Notes under the pieces: model-generated
Told to the model about the DNA's origin: nothing
Databases searched by the model: none
The model's input: only the letters and a program-made list of their open reading frames with translations
Part shown: positions 50,480-62,883 of the stretch, one piece after another
Layout of the letters: every line of letters begins with the position of its first letter
Numbering within the stretch: position 1 is the first letter of the stretch
Assembly: GCF_001194135.2 (NCBI RefSeq)
Contig: NC_068984.1
Location: 57,746,786 to 57,810,785 of the forward strand
DNA from: Octopus bimaculoides
Lineage: Eukaryota
DNA length: 64,000 bases
Direction: 5' to 3'
Position numbers and translations under genes: made by a program

Positions 50480-50690
50480 CAACAAGCTAGCAGAATTGTT
50501 ATTGTGCCATGCAAAATGCTTAGTGGTATTTCTTCCAGTTTTACGTTCTGAGTTCAAATTCAACTGGGGTTGACAATGCTTTTCATCCTTTCACGATTGA
50601 TAAAATAACTACCAGTTGAGTACTGGGGTCAATAAAGTTGACTAACCACTGCCCACAAAATTTCAGGCCTTGTGCCTATAGTAAGGAAGA
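50480..50690 (+). repeat. SINE family A copy
   Basis: GCTAGCAGAATTGTTA...TCTGAGTTCAAATTC...GGCCTTGTGCCTATAGTA. Confidence 0.8.
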
Positions 50691-50966
50691 ATTTATATGT
50701 ACTAACAAAGAAATAGGTGCTTATTCTATGCATCCCTTAAAATCCAATGTTTTTTTTTGTTTTTGTTTTTGCCTCATTCAAAACTATATCAAAGGGTGAA
50801 ATTTCCTTGCTGATTGAGAGACACGGATCTGCCTGCAGGCACAAGTAATTCTTAGATTTTGTCTTGGGTGACAAAAGAGAACTGAATCTAGATTTATCGA
50901 AGTATGTTATTGTAAATGGAATGACATAGTTTGTGGTTTTTATCTCCTCAAGATTAAATCTACATC

Positions 50967-51309
50967 GGATCTTTTTGGTTTGACGGGCAACACTTGTTTT
51001 CTTAACGAAACACTTTCAAACATGGGATACTGGTAGAATGTGTCATATAAACAACGGCACTAATTTTATTCAAGGGAAAAGATCCCATGACACCGTTGTT
51101 TACATTCCACGGCACTAATTGTTTTCACCTCAATAGACGTCAATGATTGGTTGAAATTACCGAAATACGACAACTTTTTACATGAAATAACTTCGAATAC
51201 AAAATTTTTTATCTATTCTATAACACAAAATATACAAGTAGTGTTTCGGTACCAAAAACACTACATAAAATATAAATGAAAAATGTTGCCCGTCAAACTA
51301 AAAAGATCC
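50967..51309. mobile_element. Merlin-type MITE with 8-bp TSD
   Basis: GGATCTTTTTGGTTTGACGGGCAACA ... TGTTGCCCGTCAAACTAAAAAGATCC; TCTACATC at 50959-66 and 51310-17. Confidence 0.85.
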
Positions 51310-51706
51310 TCTACATCTACTGAATAATAACGTTCTTTGTGTGCTTTGATATAATAATGAATGAAGGGTGTGGGAATTTCTGTTCTGTATGGTCACGCAA
51401 CCTATTAGAAATAATAGCCAATCTTCCCTGAAATTACAGCCATCCGTCTTGAAAAACGAAAAGGAGACACAATAGATAATGTAGCCCTAGATATACTCTA
51501 CCTGAAACAAAAACGGGATAACCCCAGACGGAACATCTTTGATTATAGTTCCGTTGGATCAGAGCTGACCAAAAAGACTGAGGAAGGAAATCTATTTGTC
51601 GTTTTTTTAGTGGTGATGGTGGGGATTCTACTTGCACGTGTTTGTGCGTGACGTAATTCGTAATTATGCTTGAAAAACGTCTTTCTTATGACGAAATAAA
51701 ATATTA

Positions 51707-51744
51707 ATGTCAATTTTTCTATTATTGATAATATTATTCTACAG
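51707..51744 (+). other. Candidate exon 1 (3' part) of a plus-strand spliced transcript
   Basis: CpG-retaining zone; ATG at 51707 reads MSIFLLLIILFY; donor CAG|GTAAGC. Confidence 0.5.
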
Positions 51745-52695
51745 GTAAGCAACTGGATGTTTAACTAATTTCACATTTCTCTTGCAATTAATTGGCTATA
51801 GGGCGCAAGTTTAAAAATAAATTGCTCTCACAAATAACACTAAGTAAGTGATGCGGAATTTATTGATATTTAAGCTCCTGTGTTTATTTTTTAATATTTT
51901 GAAATTCCCGATGTCTTTATCGATAAATTTTCAAAGTGAATATTGAATTCAGAATAAAAGCTATACGAAAAACTTCTAGGTCCTTAAATTTCTCGTCTCG
52001 GATCGATTTTCTTAAAGATTCCTGCTCCATACTAGACGAAATATACACTTTATTTCCAAAATATATAATACACTTCAAACTGGGCGACAGGAATGATTCA
52101 GTGATTTAGAGAAAAATTTTCTGCTTTAATTTTCATTAATGAAAATTAAGGAATATGAAGAGCAGTATGATGGCTCTGACTAGCGTGAAATATTGATAGA
52201 AACATTTACAGTACCATTATTGGCATCAAGAAATCTTATAAGAATACTTTTAATTTTTTAATTTGCAATTTTAAAGTACTATCAGATCAAAGCTACATCT
52301 CAGGTGACAAAAGATCCTGTAGACGATCGCTAGAAATGGCAGTCAAACATCCGTCAACTCACACACTACCATCAAAAATAAAAATTCATTTAACAATGTA
52401 ATCTTTGGTATTCAAAAGACAAGATAGTCAGGGTTAGAACGCCTTTAATGATAGGTCTGCTCGATCAGGGCTGACCCGGAGATAAACAGCTACAACCTGG
52501 AAGTTCATTATAAACCTCACGCAACCCAACTCTTGGCAAAATCTTTTATAATCAAAACTTGTGGTGAGATCGAGATTTTCGTTGTTGGTTAGCTCCAAGT
52601 CAGCACAGATTAGATAAACCTACGGTCAAATACATTCTGACTGTAACCATCCTGTTCTTTTATATATTTAAACATTGTCCTTTTTTCTTTTAGAA

Positions 52696-52854
52696 CAGTA
52701 GTTCCCAACTTTTTCACAACCAAGGACTCCTTTTATTTAAATGAGTTTTCCCACGAACCCCTTTTAATATGCTTATCCTTATGTATGTATATATGAAATT
52801 TTAGCTCACAGACCCCCTGTATTACTTTTACGGACCACAGGTTGGGAACCACTG
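52696..52854. mobile_element. hAT-type MITE
   Basis: CAGTAGTTCCCAAC ... GTTGGGAACCACTG; flanks TTTTAGAA/TTTTAGAT (7/8 TSD match). Confidence 0.8.
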
Positions 52855-52913
52855 TTTTAGATGGACGTTTGTGAGTTGTTTTTTGTTTTAGTTTGAATGC
52901 TGTATTTTCACAG

Positions 52914-52969
52914 GTGCGGCGCATCGAGGCTGTTTCTAACGGAAGACGGTTTAATCCACCGATCAAAGA
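52914..52969 (+). other. Candidate 56-nt exon 2
   Basis: TATTTTCACAG| ... AAAGA|GTGAGT; in frame with the exon-1 ATG it reads (R)CGASRLFLTEDGLIHRSK. Confidence 0.55.
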
Positions 52970-53216
52970 GTGAGTTTACCAGGCTATACAAACTTACATT
53001 CGGAATCATTATATTTAGAGGAATTATTATGCGATAAACTTGAAATACTCAAGAAGGTAGCTTACCATAAAACGTGCTTTTTGTAAAAGAAAAAGATGAA
53101 TAGTTACGATCTTACACTGTTTCAGATTTAAATGTCATTTTGCTCTAAACATATATATACATATTAAAAATGGGGAAGGCCGGTTTATGGGATTACCATG
53201 GGCTTCCTGTCATTAA

Positions 53217-53424
53217 ACCTCTTGTTACCATATTTCTGTTGAGATGCCCTGTTTCTCTCAATTTAAAATATAACAAAGAATTTAGTAAAATAACTTAGTT
53301 ATCATTAAGCTAATGTTAAGAACATAAATTGTGACTAAGGTTTAGTGGAAGATTTTAATTTAGAACTTATGAAAACAAGACATTTGTACTACAGAGCCAG
53401 GCGGGTTGGCATCAAAAAGGTTAT
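53217..53424. mobile_element. piggyBac-type MITE nested in the left arm of the Kolobok-type element
   Basis: TTAAACCTCTTGTTACC ... CATCAAAAAGGTTAT (degenerate TTAACCC/GGGTTAA termini). Confidence 0.55.
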
Positions 53425-53460
53425 AAGGTTTAGCTTTATGGCGTATCGTCAGAACCCAAA

Positions 53461-53671
53461 CGCGGCAAGCTGGCAGAAACGTTAGCATGCCGGGCGAAAT
53501 GTTTAGCGATATTTCGTCTGTCTTTATGTTCTGAGTTCAAATTCCGCCGACGTTGACTTTGTCTTTCATCCTTTCAGAGTCGATAAATTAAGTACCAGTT
53601 GCATACTGGAGTCGATCTAATCGACTGGCTCCCTCCCCCAAAATTTCGGGCCTCATATCTAGAGTAGAAAA
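53461..53671 (+). mobile_element. SINE family A insertion with TSD
   Basis: GTATCGTCAGA(A/T)CCCAAA at 53443-60 and 53672-89. Confidence 0.9.
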
Positions 53672-53763
53672 GTATCGTCAGATCCCAAAAACCTATTGGC
53701 CCATGACCTCTTAAAAATATGGAACTATAAAATATTTTTTCCAGCAACATTCGGATGTACAGC

Positions 53764-54263
53764 GGATCTTTTTTAAAACGGGGGCCACATTTTTCATTAA
53801 CGAAACACTTTGAAACTTGGAACACTGGTAGAATGTGTCATATAAAACATCTTTTTCTCTTAGTCTTCTTTANNNNNNNNNNNNNNNNNNNNNNNNNNNN
53901 NNNNNNNNNNNNNNNNNNNNNNNNNNNNNNNNNNNNNNNNNNNNNNNNNNCCTAACCCTACGGTTAGGGTTAAAGCAAATTTAAAATGAAAAAAGCAAAT
54001 AAAACGAAGGTATGGAGATTAAATACGCTTTACATCGCTTAATCAGCCAAAGGAGTAAATATAAACAACTGAATACTTGTCAGTGATTGGTTGAAATTAT
54101 CGAAATAAGACAATTTTTTACATGAAATAAATTCGAATACAAAAATATTTTTCTGTTCTATAACACAAAATAGATAAGTATACGAAGTTTGAAAGTCTTT
54201 CCGTACCAAAAACACTACGTAAAACATTAATGAAAAATGTGGCCCCCGTTTTAAAATAGATCC
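53764..54263. mobile_element. Merlin-type MITE, same family as 50967-51309, with central TAACCC/GGGTTA motif and a 78-N gap
   Basis: GGATC...AAAACGGGGCCACATTTTTC mirrored at the right end; shared interior segments; CCTAACCCTACGGTTAGGGTT at 53951-71. Confidence 0.8.
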
Positions 54264-55869
54264 CGATGGATGGCGTGAGTATATTTTTATTGGAGTAACC
54301 GAGGTCAAATTGTTCCATATTTAAGAGAGACTCGTGGTTTCCGTAAATATGTATAAGCACGGTCTACCGGTCAGTTATTTAACATAAACCATGCGGTCTC
54401 TATTAAACACTCTGGCCAGGGAATGAAAAGGATTGTTTGTAAAACAAATCCGAAAGAAGCACAATCTAAGATGTGGAGCAGTATATATTAAAAATATTTT
54501 TAAGAGGTCATGGGCCAACAGGTTTTTGGGATCTGACAATACACCATCAAGCTAAACCTTTTATGAACAGGAAACCTAAAGTAATCCCATAAATTGACCT
54601 TCCCCATTTTTAATATATACTGATCTACATTTTAGAGTGTGCTTCTTTTAGATCTATGTTTTTTTTTTACAAACGATGCACACGATCCTAGGTCAGGTCA
54701 CTTGCTATGCAAGTACATCTTCGATATATATATATATATATGTGTGTGTATAGAGAAAGAGCTGATTTCTCTAAGCATTTTATATGAACGCCTTACAAAT
54801 TGAAAGTGAAAATGCTACGGAGATGAAAAGTTTTGGTGTGACATGAAGTACATCACTAGCATCTTGTCAGTTGTATACATCAACGAGAAGGGCAGTGATT
54901 TTTAAAAATTTTTACTACTTAAGCATCCGAGAGTCAGATGGTAACAATCTTAAATTGGGTGACCAATTAAGTGTGATAGTGATAGAACCTCTACAATCTA
55001 CGTCAAGTACTTTGGCGTGCCACGAGATGTATCCAAGTGCAGCTAAATTTATACTATATAATTAGCAAGTACCCGTGGAAATTCCACGGTCATTTTGAAA
55101 ATTGTATGATGAAAGTGTATATTTTTGTGGCGGAGGTAAAAAATACACACACCACCCATTTTTGGCATGACCTTAACCCTAACCCTAAACATTGGGTGTG
55201 CGTATTCTTTACCTTTGCCATTTTTGTGAAACATTTGATTCTTGAGAAGATATAAAAATCCACATGGGTAGTATTGAAGGGACTATCTATCTACCTACCT
55301 ACATATATGCATACATACATACATACCCACCTATATATCTATCAGCCTGTCTTATATTCTACTTATATTTCTGTTGATGTACGTATTTGTCTACTCTAAC
55401 AATATGAACGTACATTTAAACCAAATAACTAAAAAAGAAAAAATCTATTATGGTGCTCTAGCATGGCCTCAGTCTTTGAACTGCTACACATAAAAAGGTA
55501 AAAGTAACAACCACAGCTATTTGGGAAGATCATTTTACTTTGATTTAACTTGTGTTGATATATATTGTCATTCATCTTTCTATCGACAGACTGAAGATTT
55601 GAAAACAGTTGAACATGAGAACCTTTAACAATAACTAAACTTCTATTATAATAGTCTGTCACAGTATTCTATTATACGACGTTTAAAATCATATAGCTAC
55701 TTTCTATTCCCGTGTTCTTTTCAGTCAACATTCACTTACTCTATTTCTGTGTCTCTCACTTCAGCTACACCACAGGTCCCTACACCTAACATGTTTATGC
55801 TTCTACTTTCTACTTCTTTCAACTAACCACAGCATAATAGCAATACCTTTTCTCTTGCCTCTCAGCACC

Positions 55870-55871
<2 letters not shown>

Positions 55872-55942
<71 letters not shown>
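55872..55942. repeat. (CT)n microsatellite
   Basis: About 35 uninterrupted CT units. Confidence 0.98.
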
Positions 55943-55944
<2 letters not shown>

Positions 55945-57693
55945 TTAAACAAACCACTTCACAACAGCTTAGCATGATAACTATTACTTTCTGGCATTCA
56001 TAACTTATTGAGAATTCCTAAAAACAAGATCCTGTGTAAGACAGTTCTGTATTCTCTGTAAATGCACAAAAACCGTTTTAAGGGCTACATACTTTGTATT
56101 GTTGTTTTTGGATAAATGAAACAATTATGAGAATGGAACCAAGGGATAAGCCCCACTTTCCCGGGAATTACCGGGTACGTCAGCTAGTCATTGTATAACT
56201 GCTTGGCATTTTCCACAACATTATTTTCGAAACCAATTTATTTTCATATTGCTTTGCTCTAAATTATTTAAATTACACTTTAGTGTTTGCCATAAATCAA
56301 AACCTTCCCTTGCATTAACTTGCCTTAAATGCCATAAATTGTGGATGAATTAGTTTATATTCACATCTTTTCAAACAATATTATTGTAATTTCTGACTGC
56401 ATTGTTACAGTTACGTGTTTTTTTGTTCTTTTTATGTTTTTCCTGAATTGGTTATGCTTGTTAACATCAGACATTATCACTGATGGATGGACAATATATA
56501 AGAAGAAAACACTTATGTATTGGCCACTATTCTTTTCAAGTTCAATGTAATCAATGACAGAGTGACATTGGCACTTTTGCACAGTTTAGCTCTTTCAAAA
56601 CTAACATTAGCACTTCTTTTAACTATACTTTTAGTTTCAGTTTCTTATCCTCCAATATTAATAATCTGACACTTTTTTTTCTTTTCATTTTTTTTCCATG
56701 CATGCAAGACAATGAAAATACATGTGAATGTGTGGCATGATATAAAAGCAGAAAATTGACATTTGAATATATGGGACAATTTTTCTTGAAGATAATTCAG
56801 TTTTAGGTGGAGAACGAAAGTGCAGGCAAAGACTAGTTTCGACATTTCCTTAGAAAACACATTATGGAGAACTTTAAATGCAAGGTACAGTATTGAGTTT
56901 TTGTGCATTTTGCAAAGAAGCAAAGGTACACTAATTACATTGGTTGATGAAATTAATAAGATGATGGCAGTAAAAAGCAAAATCTTGAAACATGTTCTAA
57001 ACAAAGATTTTGCACACAATACCAGATGATGCTAAACTATGAAGACATTGTGTTTATTCTGCCAACTCGACAATAGTGGGACAACAAAACTATTGTTGGC
57101 AGGAACATGATTCCTGTTTCCTAAGAGCCATAGTAAACTTAAGGACATGTTGTAGACCAGTAAACCCTATAGGCAGTAAACCAGAGTGACAATCATAATT
57201 AGTTTAAGTTAGCCAACAAAATACCTATCTGGAACTGGACATTGGCTTAATGCTATCACCCATAACATTTACTTTATCACATCATGAGACAAGTCGGAAT
57301 GTTTAGACTTGGGTCGCAAAAAGTACTTTTTCAAGAATATCTCTAAGTCTCTCCTGAGAGTAGTTGCTCAGTTTTTGTACATATGTATATTTGCCAAATG
57401 GAAGCTATAATAGTTTTAACAATATAAATACACTGAAGATAAGCATTTTAAAAATAAATTGCTTTCTGACTAACCTCACTTTCTATCTTTAACTGTAAAA
57501 TTTCTTCTATATTTTGTGTGTTCTGGGTTACTGTTTCTGTCATCTTAATCAATTTTTTCTAGAATTCTATCATACCATTTTCCTTTTCTACTGTTTTATT
57601 GTATAGTATTTATATTTGTAAATATGGCAAACAGCAATTCATTTAGACTTGTTGGATTGAAAACATGACTGTTATAGTTTTAGCTTACTTTTT

Positions 57694-57775
57694 ATCAAGT
57701 TATTTTTCCATTTCTTTATGTGATCAAGTTATTTCTTTATGTTATCAAGTTATTTTTCCATTTCTTTATGTGATC
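57694..57775. repeat. Short tandem repeat, 3 units of ATCAAGTTATTT(TTCCA)TTTCTTTATG
   Basis: Direct inspection. Confidence 0.85.
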
Positions 57776-58589
57776 TTGCAATTTATTTGGAACTGTAAGG
57801 TTTCTAAATCTATCATCAACGCTTCTCAGTCTTCTTGAAGAATTTTGGTGATAAATGATGATGGTTATGAAAGGCAATTATTACTTGTTGAAGTCTGACT
57901 CTACCATTACTGGTTTCATTATAGAAATGCAAGTATTAATTCTACAACATATAGCTGGATTATGTGATTTATTCATAGTAATATTTACATCTGGCTGGAA
58001 TAGAAAATTTTATGAGCTAGTCAAATGAGTCTCAATGGACTCTAGTAGCTAATATGTCATAGAAGGCAGTTCTGATTGGAGATGGCTTCAGACAAGAAAT
58101 TGAACAATTACAAATAGTGTTAAAAGTTTCTAAGACCTGCATTAACCTAAAAATGAAAATATAATATTGCTATGTATAAAATTGCAAATTATAGACTGCA
58201 GGCTTGTGGTTACTGAAATATATGTTTTACTCAAATAAAAATATACATACTGCTAATAATTATATTCTAGTATATACACTTTCAGCATATATGCAAAGTA
58301 AAATATTGAAGTATGCAGTATCTCAAAACAGAAGAAAGTCAGTTATTAAATTAAACCCTACACTGTTTACTTTTAGTGTGTAATACCACATTATGAACAA
58401 AACATATCATATATATACCAAATGACACAAAAGCTGTTATAAAAAGCACAACTGCTGTTAACAAGATTATTTAAATCTAATAATGCTTTAGATACAAACA
58501 GTAGATTGAAGTATGAGAAGAATAATGAATAAAAATAATTACATACTCTACTCCACTCATATGAGGGGTCTTGTCTTGTGAGTGTTTGG

Positions 58590-59260
58590 TGAACTTACCA
58601 GTACTGGTGCAATGAAAAAAAAAAAGGATCCAGTACATTCAGATGAAATGGTTGGTATCAGAAAGGGCATCCAGCAGTAGAAATCATGCCAAAATAGACA
58701 CTGGAGTTCGGTGCAGCCCTCTGACTTATCAGTTCATGTTTGAACTGTCCAATTCATGCAAGTATAGAAAAAGAAATTGTAAATGATGATGACATCTGAA
58801 TGGAACAGAAAATTCTATTCGCAAGTCTCAATGAACTCTAGTTGTTAAAAATATTTAGAAAGAAGGAATTTCTTAACGACTGATGCTTCAGACAAGAAAT
58901 TGTCTTTTCAAAAAGTGCTAAAAAGTTTAAAATCTGGTTTAACATAAAAATGAAAATATAATATTGCTATATATCATCATCATCATCATCCTTTAACGTC
59001 CATTTTCCATGCTGATGTGGGTTGGACAGTTTGACAGGAGCCATACAAAGTTCCATTGTCTGTTTTATCATGGTTTCTACAGCTGGATTCCCTTCCTAAT
59101 GCCAACCACTTTACAATGTGTACTGGGTACGTTTTACATGGCACCATTATTTTGACTTGGTTTCTACAGCCAGATGCCCTTCCTAATGCTAACCACTCCA
59201 TGAGTGTAGTAGCTGCTTTTTATGTGTCATCATAATGGGTGCCTTTTACATGTCACCAGC
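58590..59260. repeat. Two degenerate family C copies (plus at about 58590-58790, minus at about 58975-59260)
   Basis: AGAAAGGGCATCCAGCAG and GATGCCCTTCCTAATGCTAACC cores with (GAT)/(CAT) tails. Confidence 0.7.
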
Positions 59261-59915
59261 ACAGGTCCCTTTTACATATTTTATATATATAATGCACTTT
59301 ATTGTGTTTTGTTATGCATGTGATTGTTCTGTGAAAGATTGTCTTGCAAGAAACTGGTTTGTGGTGCAAATACAGTTGTTGGATACCTTTTAAATGGTCA
59401 TGTAGTTCAGCTCTTATCCATAGGCATCAGTAGGTGGCTGTTTTGGATAATTTTGTGGCTGGTAATATAGCCAATGGTGTTCATTTTTCTTTACAAGTAT
59501 TATCAAACAGTTTTGTGGAATTAAATCACATGGTTAGTACTACTGGTAGTGACATCCACTTCTTTTGACAGGCATCATTTTCTTTTTATATAAAATTAAA
59601 GATGTGTTGAAGTTTTTTTTTATTTGTTTTTTACAAAGTTCCTCTTCAGATTTTTGCACAATATGTCAGAACTAGCTCATTTTAAGAGGTGCCTTGTTCA
59701 GGTTCAGATCAAGACTGGTCTTGTAACCTAACATAAATTTGAACATTTTGTAGGTCCTTGAGTACCAGGGTATTTGTTCCTTCTCTTCTTCCCTTTGATG
59801 TTGGCTTGTGTATGTATGTGTACACACAAACGTGTATGTATGTGTACACACAAATATAAACATAATATACATTAATATCATTATTTTCTGTTTATAGAGA
59901 AAAAAAGATATAGAA

Positions 59916-60761
59916 ATGTTACTCAAGCTGCAACGGAAATATATAGTTGGTACTAACTTAAAAGACTCAAAATATTACTTGTCATTAAAGAGTGGTGATT
60001 TTAACCCTAGAGAACTGAAACCTTGTTCTTCCCAAAATTATCATATTGGTGGAGTGACTCCTGTTCTATATCCGAGTAATAATAGCAACAATAAACATAC
60101 CAAGCTAACAGAAGAGAAAGTAAAACAGAAGAATCTTAATAAACTCCAGTTTAAATCTCTGCCCCAAGCTTCAGACTTTTCTATAGATGCTAAAACAAAA
60201 TACATACGTAAACCATCTATACTGGAGAGAATTGAAAGAAATGAACTCAATTTGAAAAAGAAACTTAAATCAGATATCAGAATTTATGACTGTAAAAGAA
60301 CTTTCTCAAAATGCATTATAAAGAAAGCAAAGACAAAAACAGAATTTACTTACCTTCTTCCAGAATTGAAAAAAGAAATAGAAATGAAAGACATTAAGAA
60401 AGTAATATTCAATAAACCTTCAAGCAAATTGAATGTTCAGTTTTATAACAATAGTGAGATACGATTAGTAGCAAATAACTTTTTTAAGTGGATGGAATCC
60501 ATTGGTGAAGGCGGACCATATCTAACAGTCAGTTCATTATATAGCCTTTTGTTGAACAGTTTTGAGATAAAACCCTCATTGGCTATAAATCTACAAATAA
60601 TCGATGAAAAGGAACTGGGCATTGGCTTTCGTAGATGTTCTACCGAATTAGAGAGTTTTACCTTTGGCCATGAAAATCCTTCCTACGTCGAATATTTTGA
60701 CAATAGAATAAGTAAGAAAGAGCTTTTAAGATTTGAGAAACTATTCTCCAATGATGAATAA
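59916..60761 (+). CDS. 281-aa basic protein, probably a divergent FAM47-family (FAM47E-like) member; may be a terminal coding exon starting at 59898
   Basis: Long intact ORF in AT-rich DNA; acceptor TTTTCTGTTTATAG| is in phase 0. KLQRKYI and ANNFFKWMESIGEG...SLLLNSFEIKPSL resemble FAM47-type motifs as I recall them; not verified by search. Confidence 0.6.
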   Translation: MLLKLQRKYIVGTNLKDSKYYLSLKSGDFNPRELKPCSSQNYHIGGVTPVLYPSNNSNNKHTKLTEEKVKQKNLNKLQFKSLPQASDFSIDAKTKYIRKPSILERIERNELNLKKKLKSDIRIYDCKRTFSKCIIKKAKTKTEFTYLLPELKKEIEMKDIKKVIFNKPSSKLNVQFYNNSEIRLVANNFFKWMESIGEGGPYLTVSSLYSLLLNSFEIKPSLAINLQIIDEKELGIGFRRCSTELESFTFGHENPSYVEYFDNRISKKELLRFEKLFSNDE

Positions 60762-61759
60762 TTATGATGATGACAAAAATTATCATAAATATAAACAAAA
60801 ATAATGGCCAAACAGTGAAAATTTATATTGAACTTTTCTAATCACTTCGCAAGTTACTGTTATATAAAGGAACAAAAATTATTATTTAATATAGATTTTA
60901 AACTGTATTAAATCTATAAATGAATTTCTGGCATGTAATATATTCTAGTGAAGTTTGCAGAAAACAAAATTTATTCATAGAATGGAAATCGTGTAATCAA
61001 ATGAAATTATAAAATAATACACATCATGCAAGTATATTATTTTATTTTATTCTCCAAAATAACAATAAAGTTTTCATGCCCCATAAAAAAAAATATGGCG
61101 TCACACCTTGTCTAGCTGTTTTCTCTTTTTCACCTCATAATTTTACCTTTTCATCTTACAAGTAAGTTTAAGGTAATGAATAGGGCAAGGTATAATCTGA
61201 TCAATAATGATATTAGGAAATTTATGTCTACTCAGAAGTTTGGTGAAAAAGCCTTGGAGATGCAGAAGTGTAGATTTTAGAACTTATACTTCATCCCTGA
61301 TAAATGGGGGTAACTGATTCAAAAGGTGGCATTAGTTTTGAACTTCCAGCTCTAATTAATGATCTATTTTGATATAATATAACAAATATTAATATATCAT
61401 ATGCTATTAAGACAACCACATATTATTAAATCAGTTTATTTCACTACAAAAGCTTAAAGGCATTGAACAAAGGTCTATCTTGTGTACTTTTGCAATATGT
61501 TCCCTGGGCTGAGGATGGAAAAACTTAAAGCAGTTAACTAAGAGAGTTTATATAAGATTTCATGACTTCAATGGGTAACATTGTATCCTGTGCATAGTTG
61601 TCAAAATCTCTTTTGGCAACCATTAAGGCAAACAACTACTTTGAATTCGTAAAGAACACCCTCTCCAATTTTAATAACCATTTTTGAGATATGAATATTA
61701 AGGTTTATTATATCCACAATCACTTAGCTGCTTTTAAAAAAGAGCTTGATGATTTAAAT

Positions 61760-62109
61760 CAGGGATTCTCAACCATTTTTTATCTATGGATCCCTTTGAT
61801 TGCTATGTTATTCTGGTGGGCCCCCATAGCCATTTGATGTTTAAAAAACTAGTTTTATAGAAACTTCTTTCAAAATTCCTGTTTTGTTTTTCACACATTA
61901 ACTTGTGTAGATTGAACTATGTAAAATGTTGGAGAGAGAAATCTAGCTCTTTCTTCCAATACAAACCAATATATACATCTAAAGCAATTTTTTTTCAAGG
62001 GCCCTTAAAGTATTATTGTGGATCCCCAATTTATTATTTTATCACGTGGACCCCTGAAAATCTTATATGGACCCTCAGGAGCCATAAGGACCTTGGTTGA
62101 GAATCACTG
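61760..62109. mobile_element. hAT-type MITE
   Basis: CAGGGATTCTCAACC ... GGTTGAGAATCACTG. Confidence 0.8.
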
Positions 62110-62377
62110 TTAAATGAAGAGCAAAGAGCAAGAATTCATTAGAATATAAAATATAATAATTGTAATGACATCATCAGTCCTCTACTTGGCTCTAAAAAAT
62201 ATGTTAATGGAAATGGGTCCTTGCATAATTGTGTTGTCAGCTAAGAATTTTGAATTAATTAAAATTACACCCTTGAAGAGAACAATCATTATATTTGCAA
62301 AAAAAAAAAAAAAAAAAAAATTCTGTTGCCTTAAAAGACTTATTCATGGGTATAATTTATCTATTCTTTTGTTTATA

Positions 62378-62770
62378 TCAGTCATTTGGGGCACTGCCTT
62401 GAAAATTTTTACCTGAACAAATTGACTCCAGTACTTTGCTACTTATTCTATCAGTTTCTTTTGCTGAACTGCCAAGTTATAGGAACATAAACCAATATCT
62501 GTTGTCAAGTGGGGAGACAGATTTCTCTCTCTCTCTATCTATCTATCTATCTGTCTGTCTGTCTATCTGTCTGTGTATCTATCTATCTACATACCTACCT
62601 ACACACAATAACAACAACAACCTTTCACTCAGTTTCTATCTACCAAATTCACTCAAAAGTATTGGTTACCCCAGGGTTCTAGTAGAAGACACTTGCTTGC
62701 TCAAGGTGCTGCATAGTGGGAATGTACCTGAAATCAGATGGTTGCAAAGTGAACTTCTTAATCACAAAGT
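62378..62770 (-). repeat. SINE family B copy with (CT)/(CTAT)/(CTGT) microsatellite
   Basis: TCAGTCATTTG...TACTTATTCTATC...CAGTTTCTATCTACCAAATTCACTCA...CAAGGTGC. Confidence 0.75.
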
Positions 62771-62883
62771 ATATTTACACCAATTTAAGGTATTGATTCT
62801 AAATAGATCATCAGTTTTGCAGAATCAGCTTTATTTTTGGGAAATACAGCATACTTTTTTACATGCTGATATATCTTCTTGTG

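Larger units (their letters stand above)
53168..54609. mobile_element. Kolobok-type non-autonomous element containing three nested insertions
   Basis: TTAA|AAATGGGGAAGG ... CCTTCCCCATTT|TTAA. The left arm, once its insertions are removed, mirrors 54490-54609. Confidence 0.7.

Noticed and set aside
55171-55190. True telomere or chromosome-fusion site
   Set aside because: Only 2-4 imperfect units, embedded in MITE-like repeats; treated under the MITE finding instead
59651-59701. Possible short coding exon MSELAHFKRCLVQ before the FAM47-like exon
   Set aside because: The donor CAG|GTTCAG is weak and nothing else supports it
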